Shown here: positions 57,123 to 64,000 of the stretch, piece after piece | Position numbering within the stretch: position 1 is the first letter of the stretch | How the letters are laid out: the number at the start of each line of letters is the position of its first letter | Virus record (IMG/VR): IMGVR_UViG_3300033066_000693 | Coordinates: 64,001-128,000 of that record | Direction: 5' to 3' (one strand) | From: a virus | Length of the DNA stretch: 64,000 bases | The notes under the pieces: generated by a model | Database searches by the model: none | The model's input: the letters and a program-made list of their open reading frames with translations, nothing else | What the model was told of the DNA's origin: nothing | Translations under genes and position numbers: made by a program

Positions 57123-57465
57123 TGCTAGCTTTCTTTAGTTCGTCTATGTTGACGTTCTTCAATGCCACTTCTTTATTGACATTGAAGAACTGCTCTAGTT
57201 GCTTGGAAAAATCTCTCATCTTCTCAACAAAGACAAGAGGATTGATATAGCCTATATGGTTGAAAAACGCCTTGTTATTGTCGGCATACAAAGCTTGTAA
57301 GTGAGGAAGCTCGTCTACCTTGTTCTTCTCGCATAGCTCGTCATTTTCGGCTGCGTCTGCGTCAATGTATTCGAATGGAATCGCATGATAATCGAAAGCT
57401 TTCACTACCGATTGGCATTTCTCGCATTCCTTAGTCCCAAAGATACGGATTTTTAGTTCGCTCAT
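57061..57465 (-). CDS. glutaredoxin/NrdH-like thioredoxin-fold protein with a CxxC motif
   Basis: IRIFGTKECEKCQSVVKAF...IPFEYIDAD...ELPHLQ follows the glutaredoxin pattern. A C-terminal CVQCGR is also present. Confidence 0.4.
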   Translation of the reverse strand: MSELKIRIFGTKECEKCQSVVKAFDYHAIPFEYIDADAAENDELCEKNKVDELPHLQALYADNNKAFFNHIGYINPLVFVEKMRDFSKQLEQFFNVNKEVALKNVNIDELKKASNDSNSKSGCVQCGRKNRSKS

Positions 57466-57854
57466 TGTTCTTTCGTCCCTTCGATTTCGTCTTTGAAAAT
57501 GTTTCGGATATCTTCTTGGAGCCTGTCATTTTCCTCTACCGTAATCAAAGGCTCAGGAAGCTCAGGTTCTTTGTCAATGACAAAGTTGATTTCTTTACCC
57601 TGCATATCGCTACAAAACTTATGAATCATAGCGGCTGTCACGGTTCCTTTGATATTGAGAGCAGTAAGCAAATCTACGCTGGGCCAAACATACATCTGTT
57701 CTAGCCCGTCGTCTAAGAAATGCAAACTCCATTGAATTAGATCGCTCTCTTCTACATACTTACTTTGGAGTATCTTCACTCTTCGTGCTGGAATCATTTC
57801 CCTCGGTGTTTGCACTTTTCTTCTCCTTGAACTTTCGTAGAGCGTCCATGACAC
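57462..57854 (-). CDS. hypothetical protein, 130 aa
   Basis: Tiling ORF. The true start is possibly internal. Confidence 0.3.
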   Translation of the reverse strand: MSWTLYESSRRRKVQTPREMIPARRVKILQSKYVEESDLIQWSLHFLDDGLEQMYVWPSVDLLTALNIKGTVTAAMIHKFCSDMQGKEINFVIDKEPELPEPLITVEENDRLQEDIRNIFKDEIEGTKEQ

Positions 57855-58554
57855 GAATGATGGTATGCTCTTTTTCTTGAGGCTGTCCTGTTTTTCGGAG
57901 TTGGCTCAAGTTTTCCATGCCTGCGTCACCCAATACATGAATCAATATATGGTCATGATAGGTTCTGTAACTACCCTGCGGCTGATCGTTTACAAGCTCT
58001 TTCTTGATCCCTATCCCGTATTCAATACCATTAAGCTCTAACCACCATCTATCCATATCTTCGGTTGTTACTTTATGTCCGTTATTGGTTGAGACAAGAT
58101 TGCATTGATCTCTAGCATCTGGATAGATGACCTTAAGCCTTTCATATCTAGGCTTAAACTCTTCCTCGGGTATGATGCCATACGTTCTGCAATTGAACGG
58201 TCTTGTCTCATGCTGACTACAAAGGTTCTTGCTCTTGTCCAAGAATACGCATCCTTTGTCTTTGTTTGGAAAGAGATACTTGCGCAAGCAACTCTCAATC
58301 AAGATTGCGATTTGCTCGTCAGTCCAGCTATGAGAAATATGATTCCAACTGTTTAGAAACTCAGAATAAAGAACCTGAGGATTTTGGGTCTTGCAACACC
58401 AAGCTCCGCAACCACCCTCAGATTCCGGCTTGGCTATATGCTCAAGACATCCTTTCGTGCTAGGAATCTTAGAATAGAGTATATTGAGCTTTTCTCTAGA
58501 TGATTTGAGCTTTTTCTTGTCATTCGTTGCGCCGTACATTAAACACACTCCCAT
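57760..58554 (-). CDS. YkgJ/UPF0153-like putative zinc- or iron-chelating Cys-rich protein
   Basis: CGAWCC plus C..FL.....C.QHETRPFNCRTYG follows the CxxCxxCC-family pattern (C.fL...C.iY..RP..Cr.yp). Confidence 0.35.
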   Translation of the reverse strand: MGVCLMYGATNDKKKLKSSREKLNILYSKIPSTKGCLEHIAKPESEGGCGAWCCKTQNPQVLYSEFLNSWNHISHSWTDEQIAILIESCLRKYLFPNKDKGCVFLDKSKNLCSQHETRPFNCRTYGIIPEEEFKPRYERLKVIYPDARDQCNLVSTNNGHKVTTEDMDRWWLELNGIEYGIGIKKELVNDQPQGSYRTYHDHILIHVLGDAGMENLSQLRKTGQPQEKEHTIIRVMDALRKFKEKKSANTEGNDSSTKSEDTPK

Positions 58555-59159
58555 TGATGGTTGAGCTTTGGGTCTATAAACCTAATCGACTCTTCCACGG
58601 CCTTTTCTGAAGGCAATTCCATTCCCTCAAAACAAAACTCTCGTAACCTGCCTATTGTTTCTGATGGATTCTTAGTAAGCTCATTGAAGTCGATTGCTAG
58701 ATTAGGAAGATCGTATCTCTGTATAAATGCTTCTCGCCTTGTCCTAACAAGATAATGCATGTATTCTATCTCTTCTCTAGTTTTTTCTGGATACTTTAGG
58801 AGAGAACTGCGAATACAACCTTCATAAGCTCTATCTATAGAAACAACTCTGCATTCTGCATGCGGAACGATGTACTTGCCCAGCGTTGATATTTGAGGCA
58901 TCTTGAGGCCCCATAGGGAAAGCTTATTTCTTTGAATAACGTAGTCTTCTATTCGTTTGTCTAGCTTTTCTTCTTCAGTACAGGTAGTAGAAAACTCCAC
59001 CAAATCTCGAAAGGCCATATCCTCAAAATGGCCTTTAGGATTCAGCGGAGTTTTTCCTAGCAAGGAGTCGCCCATATGGATTCCAAAAGTATGCAGAGCG
59101 CCAGCAACAGCCGACGAACCGCTACCCTGAGGTCCAATGACAAGAATACTCCGAGACAT
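58539..59159 (-). CDS. P-loop protein (sulfotransferase- or kinase-like)
   Basis: N-terminal ILVIGPQGSGSSAV is a P-loop-like motif. No further confident assignment. Confidence 0.3.
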   Translation of the reverse strand: MSRSILVIGPQGSGSSAVAGALHTFGIHMGDSLLGKTPLNPKGHFEDMAFRDLVEFSTTCTEEEKLDKRIEDYVIQRNKLSLWGLKMPQISTLGKYIVPHAECRVVSIDRAYEGCIRSSLLKYPEKTREEIEYMHYLVRTRREAFIQRYDLPNLAIDFNELTKNPSETIGRLREFCFEGMELPSEKAVEESIRFIDPKLNHQWECV

Positions 59160-59746
59160 TAGATATCAAGTTTGTCAAATGCATCAGCAGCCGTAGCATT
59201 GGACAAGGAAGGTATGCTAGCAATCGTAATCTCTGGCTTCGGGAACGATATGCTTACCGAAACATCATCAGGGCTTTTAGCAACAAAACCAGACGTATTG
59301 TTGTTTCTCTCAAGCTCGTCCAAAAGACTGTTCAAGTCTTTCTTCTTGAACTTCCAGTTCTGTTCGGAAACCTCTCCAAACTTGCCCAAAGATTCCAAGT
59401 GAGACTTCAGACCTTCTTCGTCAGTAATAGTCCAAGTTCCCTTGCTATTACGAAGAGATACCTTACCAACACCGGGGAAATCAAGAGACTTGTCTTTTGA
59501 CTTAGCCATGCACTTGCGAATAGCGTCTTTGAGCTTCTCGACTTTATCTTCTTCGCTGGTAATTTGAGCGTCAGCAAGAGCGGCTCGTCTCTTCTTGAGT
59601 TCCTTCAAGAAGTCAACCTTGCGATTCATTTCCTTGATCGCAGACAGAACATTTTCGATTTCGTACTTGTCTTTTAGTTCTTCGGTGCCGTTGATAAGAT
59701 TCCACAAACGGCTAGTATCTAAACCTGATTCTGTTTCGTCGTACAT
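59159..59746 (-). CDS. possible Mu Gam-like DNA-end-binding/host-nuclease inhibitor protein
   Basis: Size (195 aa), N-terminal coiled coil and a C-terminal beta-rich region with loose resemblance to the Gam family. Weak. Confidence 0.25.
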   Translation of the reverse strand: MYDETESGLDTSRLWNLINGTEELKDKYEIENVLSAIKEMNRKVDFLKELKKRRAALADAQITSEEDKVEKLKDAIRKCMAKSKDKSLDFPGVGKVSLRNSKGTWTITDEEGLKSHLESLGKFGEVSEQNWKFKKKDLNSLLDELERNNNTSGFVAKSPDDVSVSISFPKPEITIASIPSLSNATAADAFDKLDI

Positions 59747-59756
59747 TGAAAACTCC

Positions 59757-60068
59757 TTAGCGAGGCCCCACCTTTAGGACAATAGCTGTCTTATCCCCTC
59801 CATCGAACGAAGCGCTGTCGAAAGAAGGCTCAACCACTAGGTCTATGCCTTTTTTAGCCGCTTCACCTCTAGCAATGATTATGGCCTTCCACGCATTATT
59901 GCCTGATGAAGCTCCAACCGTTTTGAGCTTTGCATGTCCATGCTTGCCTATAACAGTCGTAATAGCAGAAGCCAGACTTTTAACATAATCCTTGCGGGCT
60001 TGATCGTCTGCGAAATTTGATTCGCCCTTTACTTTTAGGATTGTTATGTCTGGTACGTCGTTAGACAT
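59757..60068 (-). CDS. SpoVS-like protein (stage V sporulation protein S family, Alba-like fold)
   Basis: ITILKVKGESN...LASAITTVIGKHGHAKLKTVGASSGNNAWKAIIIARGEAAKKGIDLVVEPSF...DGGDKTAIVLKV parallels SpoVS (VLKVSAKSSP...AGAL...AEIQAIGAGALNQAVKAVAIARGFVAPSGVDL...PAF...DGEERTAIKL). Start taken at the internal MSNDVPD; the track ORF extends to 60140. Confidence 0.55.
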   Translation of the reverse strand: MSNDVPDITILKVKGESNFADDQARKDYVKSLASAITTVIGKHGHAKLKTVGASSGNNAWKAIIIARGEAAKKGIDLVVEPSFDSASFDGGDKTAIVLKVGPR

Positions 60069-60082
60069 TGGTGCCGACTCCT

Positions 60083-61102
60083 TTATTCGAGTACACCATA
60101 GAATTTCAATCGTTGTTGCAGAAGATCTGGCTTTTCCCATACCTTGCTACTGTGACATATCGACTGAAATTCGCAATACCTGCACTCGTATTCGTCCTTA
60201 GTAAGAGGACGAGGAGGCGGAAGTAGTTTCTCTTCTACCATGTCGTTCATCTTCGATGCTTGCTCTTGAATCTTTGACCAAAGATCAGGATTACGATCTA
60301 TCTTGTAAATCTTAGTTGAAGAATCGTCTTTGTTTTCATAGATAAGCACTCCATAATCCAAATCTAGGATATTGCAATAGATGACAAGCTGAGTTCTGTA
60401 GACCAGTGACGGTCCATGATCAAGCTTGCTCTTGAAGTTGAAAGAGTTGATGCTCTTCATATCAAGAACAATTGGTTTCTTTGGAAGATCTTCAACCTTG
60501 AAAAGAACGTCTACGGCATTCCCGCTCTTATACTTCTCTGGATCGAACTTCGAGAAGTCTAGAATCTGATCGCAATGCCCTCTGAAGTTGAGAGCCTTAT
60601 CTTCAACCGTTATTTCATGATACTCAAACTTGGTATTTCCGCACAAACATGCGTTTGGCTTGAAAACTCCAAGCTTTTCCTGCCTGCCATATACTCTGGT
60701 TTGGAAGTTGGCTAAAACTTCCGGAACCTTCAATCCGTCTCTTTGAAGAATATCCGGAAAGTAGTTGCCGTCTTCATCCCACAAATGACAGCATGGATTG
60801 GTGCATTGCCAAACGCCTCGTAGGACTCCTATCTTCTCAAAGTAAGAAGCCCAACGAGCATGAAGGCTATGCCCAGTATCGAATATACGCAGAGTCTTAG
60901 GGTCTTTGTCTTCTGGCTCAGTCTTGACCCAACCTCGCTCAGAATACCTTTGCATTTGCATTCTGCGCAAGCATCCGCCGAAGGCAGAAGGGTGATAAAC
61001 CTCATGACCTCTCGGAGGGCCATTGAGCGCAGACCATCGCAAGTGCGTATTGACAACGTTCATGATATTCGTAACTTCTGGCGGCTGTGCTACAGGAGGC
61101 AT
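60083..61102 (-). CDS. PD-(D/E)XK nuclease with a C-terminal Cys cluster (Cas4/RecB-nuclease-like exonuclease)
   Basis: GHCDQIL ... VLDMKSI give a D...D/E.K arrangement. C-terminal CRYCEFQSIC plus an N-terminal Cys are consistent with the Cas4-type Fe-S ligands. Confidence 0.5.
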   Translation of the reverse strand: MPPVAQPPEVTNIMNVVNTHLRWSALNGPPRGHEVYHPSAFGGCLRRMQMQRYSERGWVKTEPEDKDPKTLRIFDTGHSLHARWASYFEKIGVLRGVWQCTNPCCHLWDEDGNYFPDILQRDGLKVPEVLANFQTRVYGRQEKLGVFKPNACLCGNTKFEYHEITVEDKALNFRGHCDQILDFSKFDPEKYKSGNAVDVLFKVEDLPKKPIVLDMKSINSFNFKSKLDHGPSLVYRTQLVIYCNILDLDYGVLIYENKDDSSTKIYKIDRNPDLWSKIQEQASKMNDMVEEKLLPPPRPLTKDEYECRYCEFQSICHSSKVWEKPDLLQQRLKFYGVLE

Positions 61103-61111
61103 AGAGATTCC

Positions 61112-61897
61112 TTAGTCATTGAGACTTTTTAGTAATGTTGGATTGGCTTTAGCCAAGCTCTCGTAATAACCTATCGTGCCTAGTTCAAGCGTTTGAGCTT
61201 TGGCTTCTGCGAGTATTTTTGTGTATTCGCTCTTGGATTCTTTGTGTAGGAACTCATCGGGATCTTTATGCTTCGGAAGCAAGACAGGCACGAAAACAAT
61301 CCCAAATGATTGAAGGCCATACGACTTATACATCTTCATAGAACGAGTCAGGTTCTTATAGCCAGAATCGTCTGCGTCAAAGACCAGAAAAATCTCGCTG
61401 CAATAACGAGCAAGAACAGAAACATGATGCATGCTAAAGGCGCTTCCAAGAATGCCTACAGTAACATCAAATCCTCGAACATGCGAATAGCATGTATCGA
61501 ACTGTCCCTCTACAACAATTGCTTTTTGCCATCTAATGATGCTAGGTTTTGCGGCGGGTAGACCAAACAAATAGAACTTTTTATCAAACTCCTCATGAAG
61601 ATGAGGCATGCCGCTCTTGTCTTTACATCGAAAATCTCTTGACGTAAGAACGGTCAGATTATCATGTTGGTCATACAAAGGCATGATGAGCCTTCCGGCC
61701 CAATCATGCCCAGCTTTTTTCAACCGTTGAGGATAGTAGCCAAATCTGAAACGCTTAATAACGTCGTCAGATAGGCCTCGCTCCTCTCGGTAGTAACGAA
61801 GAGCTTCTGCTACGTCGTCTGTTACTTCATTCCACAAGGACTGCTGAGCTAGCTCAACAATCTTGTTTCTTTCTACTTCTGAAAAGTGAACAATCAT
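61112..61897 (-). CDS. DnaG-like primase Toprim-domain protein (no N-terminal zinc-binding domain seen)
   Basis: RLIMPLYDQHDNLTVLTSR and IVVEGQFDTCYSHVRGFDVTVGILGSAF...LVFDADDSG follow the DnaG RNA-polymerase/Toprim core pattern (EGxxD ... DxDxxG). Confidence 0.5.
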   Translation of the reverse strand: MIVHFSEVERNKIVELAQQSLWNEVTDDVAEALRYYREERGLSDDVIKRFRFGYYPQRLKKAGHDWAGRLIMPLYDQHDNLTVLTSRDFRCKDKSGMPHLHEEFDKKFYLFGLPAAKPSIIRWQKAIVVEGQFDTCYSHVRGFDVTVGILGSAFSMHHVSVLARYCSEIFLVFDADDSGYKNLTRSMKMYKSYGLQSFGIVFVPVLLPKHKDPDEFLHKESKSEYTKILAEAKAQTLELGTIGYYESLAKANPTLLKSLND

Positions 61898-63228
61898 AGT
61901 TCAGGATTATCGCTGCATGCTTCGGCTAGATCTTCCGTAGATTCGTCTTTAGCTCCGTCATTCAGAACTTCCATTACCTCTTCTTCCTTCGTCTGCTTCT
62001 TGGTTGCTGCTTGTTTGCCCTTCTCAAGCTTTGCCTTATTCTTCTCTGCAAATGCAACATGCTTCTCATAGTTCAATATAGCGCCCGGCAATACAATCTT
62101 GCTATCTTCTTCGGCGTCCTTCTTGATATCTGCAACAAGCTCTCCAACTTTGTTCTTAGCGATAAGCTCGGCAATGAACGCCTTCTTGCCTTCGACCTTG
62201 AGCTTGCCCCAAGAGAATACTCCACTGCGAACCGAGATGGTCTTGGTCTGCCGTCCCGTATTGAAGATAGTCTCTTCGATCTGCGGGAAATAGTTCTCGT
62301 AATAGATTGGAATAGTAATGCCACCGAAGTGAGGAGCAGCAAAACGATTCTTTCGAACGAAGATGTTGGCAGATCCAGCAATCATTCGCTCGTTACCCTC
62401 GTCGTCTTCAATGTAGGTATAAGCGTCTTTTCCGCCCTTTTTATTGATTTGGAGAATGATCGAGCATGCGTGTCCGATAGCATTTCCGCCCGGATATCCC
62501 TCAGGATTCTTGAACATAGCGCCGGGATTTACTCGTAGCTGATTAATGAAGATAACAAGAGTGTTGTTTGCGGCTGCAAGGCTGCAAATCTTGTTGACAG
62601 TTCTACCAAGAAGGCGAGCAAGCAACGCCATCGTTTCCTTCTCGGACGCATTTTCCATAACGTACTTAGGAACAAGAGACGCAACGGAGTCAAGAACTAC
62701 AACTCCTGCTCCCTTGCGACAAGCCTCCATTACAGCGTCAAGAGCGTACTCGCCGTCAAAGACCTTATCAGGCTCATTCTTGTCATACATTCCCTTGCGG
62801 CCTAGCCTCTTTAGGTCAACGCCATTGATCTTCGCTAGAGATTCGCTAAACGAGTTCTCTACGTCGATCCAAATAGGAATCTTGTTCAACTGTTGAGCAG
62901 CAGCGCAGCAGGCATAAGCCAACGAAGACTTGCCTCCACCGGGTTCTCCGTAGAACATTACAAGCTTGCCTGTTGGCAGGCCGCCTGTCTTGATCCCCTG
63001 TTCAACTAAATCGTTTGCTTCCGTATTAAGAAGCCCGCTAGCTATGATATAGTCTAGCTCGGCATGTCCTGTTGGAATAAACTCCGTAGGATTGCCCTCA
63101 TTTCCAAACTCGAAGCCCTCAAAATTCGACATTACTGCATCGCGTTTCTTCGACATTTCTTTTCTCCATTTCTCTATGTTTGAATGCACTCTGGGTGTCG
63201 GAATAAAAACGTCGCGGCGCTTTCGCAA
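61894..63228 (-). CDS. RecA/UvsX-family recombinase
   Basis: Walker A VMFYGEPGGGKSSLAY, Walker B VVVLDSVASL and the RecA loop GGNAIGHACSIILQI. The track ORF starts on a non-ATG codon, so the true start is probably an internal ATG (MSKKRD or MSNFEG, ~63130-63160). Confidence 0.7.
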   Translation of the reverse strand: MRKRRDVFIPTPRVHSNIEKWRKEMSKKRDAVMSNFEGFEFGNEGNPTEFIPTGHAELDYIIASGLLNTEANDLVEQGIKTGGLPTGKLVMFYGEPGGGKSSLAYACCAAAQQLNKIPIWIDVENSFSESLAKINGVDLKRLGRKGMYDKNEPDKVFDGEYALDAVMEACRKGAGVVVLDSVASLVPKYVMENASEKETMALLARLLGRTVNKICSLAAANNTLVIFINQLRVNPGAMFKNPEGYPGGNAIGHACSIILQINKKGGKDAYTYIEDDEGNERMIAGSANIFVRKNRFAAPHFGGITIPIYYENYFPQIEETIFNTGRQTKTISVRSGVFSWGKLKVEGKKAFIAELIAKNKVGELVADIKKDAEEDSKIVLPGAILNYEKHVAFAEKNKAKLEKGKQAATKKQTKEEEVMEVLNDGAKDESTEDLAEACSDNPEL

Positions 63229-63263
63229 CCACGACGCCTGTGTGTAATCAGCTAAGTTGTAGT

Positions 63264-63950
63264 TTAGAAGCCAAGATCGCTAGTATCGTTTGGCTTTCCC
63301 GCAGCAGCCGTTGCCGCCGCCGGAGCCGCAGTTGCGGCTACGGTAGCTGGCTTAGCAGAAGCGGTATGAGGGTAGAGCTTCGCTTCAATCTCCGCTTGAG
63401 GAGTTGCTTCGAAAATCTTCTCTAGGTCGTAAAGACCTTGCTTCTTGAGCATCTCTTGCTCTTCAGCGGTGAATGGCGTCTGGACGATTGGAGTCGTAGG
63501 ATACTCCGTTCGCTTGCGGTCCCCGTTGGCGGGAACCTTGACGCTAATCTCGAAGTCTGCGCCAAGATTCGTGCCGGGGTTATGGCCAGAAGCCTTTGCC
63601 CACTGCTTGATCTTGTCGAAAACGGACGGAGGAGCCTCAAGAACCTTGAGCTTACCGTCTGAGCGGTCGATAACGTTGACCGCATAGCGCATCTTCGGCT
63701 CAACCTGATACTTCTGCCGAATGATGCAGTTTGCTGGGTCGTCCGTTGTCGCCCTATTGAACTTCTTAGGATCGTCCGGAGACGCTACGTAGTAAGCGTA
63801 GAAAATATACGGCTTACCGACAGGGCGTACCTTGTACGTGTTGCCCGGAGAGAGCTTGAGGAACTTGTCATTTGTTCCGCCCTTGCCTCCGCTGCTGCCC
63901 TTATTGAACTTACCCGAATCAACCTCGCCCCAATCAATCAATTGTCCCAT
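63264..63950 (-). CDS. T4 gp32-like single-stranded DNA-binding protein
   Basis: Gly/Lys-rich N-terminal region followed by KLSPGNTYKVRPVG (compare gp32 KLKLDNAGNGQAVIRFLPS). Acidic/Ala-rich C-terminal tail. It sits beside the recombinase, as gp32 does with UvsX. Confidence 0.55.
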   Translation of the reverse strand: MGQLIDWGEVDSGKFNKGSSGGKGGTNDKFLKLSPGNTYKVRPVGKPYIFYAYYVASPDDPKKFNRATTDDPANCIIRQKYQVEPKMRYAVNVIDRSDGKLKVLEAPPSVFDKIKQWAKASGHNPGTNLGADFEISVKVPANGDRKRTEYPTTPIVQTPFTAEEQEMLKKQGLYDLEKIFEATPQAEIEAKLYPHTASAKPATVAATAAPAAATAAAGKPNDTSDLGF

Positions 63951-64000
63951 TTGAAATCTCCTTTATACTCTGGGAACTCTGAACTTTGAATACGTCTTTT

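Noticed and set aside
55143-63228. Searched the helicase, recombinase, primase and clamp-loader genes for inserted inteins, since one Hint domain exists in the window
   Set aside because: No Cys/Ser-initiated Hint blocks (block A C[LFV]xxDT, block B TxxH, terminal HN) and no anomalous insertions were seen in these enzymes. The only intein-like element is in the polyproline protein.
46-63950. Possibility that this is a giant eukaryotic virus (chlorovirus/mimivirus-like), given Gmd/Fcl, topo IA and DnaJ
   Set aside because: Bacterial-style Shine-Dalgarno sequences, 4-nt start/stop overlaps and operon-like co-orientation are all present. Phage hallmark genes (gp32-like SSB, UvsX-like recombinase, gp1-like dNMP kinase, gp44-like clamp loader, RuvC, HNH) argue for a bacteriophage.

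Overview
This 64-kb window is a densely packed, co-oriented block of about 76 protein-coding genes, all on the minus strand. Genes abut or overlap by a few nucleotides (ATGA/TAATG coupling), and Shine-Dalgarno motifs (AGGAG, AGGAGGT) sit upstream of several starts. This is the architecture of a large tailed bacteriophage (jumbo-phage-like), not of a bacterial chromosome or a eukaryotic virus. I found no rRNA, tRNA or CRISPR.

The genes fall into three blocks.

1. Virion/structural region, about 46-10573: a protein with a 44-residue polyproline tract followed by a class-1 mini-intein (Hint domain), then two giant Ser/Thr/Asn-rich proteins of 1128 and 1396 aa. The 1128-aa protein ends in a vWA-like domain.

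2. Replication, recombination and host-takeover genes:
- giant CCA-adding/HD nucleotidyltransferase fusion
- RuvC-like resolvase and HNH endonuclease
- DnaJ chaperone
- DnaN-like sliding clamp, sigma-70 family factor and AAA+ clamp loader
- T4 gp1-like dNMP kinase and GMP reductase
- type IA topoisomerase, UvrD helicase and a beta-class DNA methyltransferase
- glutaredoxin-like protein and SpoVS-like protein
- Cas4-like PD-(D/E)XK nuclease, Toprim/DnaG-like primase, RecA/UvsX-like recombinase and gp32-like SSB

3. A roughly 20-kb glycan-biosynthesis island, about 33.8-54.1 kb:
- GDP-mannose 4,6-dehydratase and GDP-fucose synthase
- a fucosyltransferase-superfamily protein, two GT2 glycosyltransferases and three pairs of tandem paralogous putative glycosyltransferases
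- SAM methyltransferases, one of them TylF-like (sugar O-methyltransferase family)
- an AmmeMemoRadiSam-like radical SAM enzyme
- a kinase-aldolase fusion, a sugar-phosphate nucleotidyltransferase, and HAD and GDPD-like enzymes
- a complete phosphorylated-nonulosonate module: NeuB-family synthase, KdsC-family phosphatase and CMP-sugar synthetase, with a Cst-II/GT42-like transferase two genes downstream

This phage-encoded fucose plus nonulosonic-acid glycosylation machinery, together with the polyproline-intein protein, are the most unusual features of the window.
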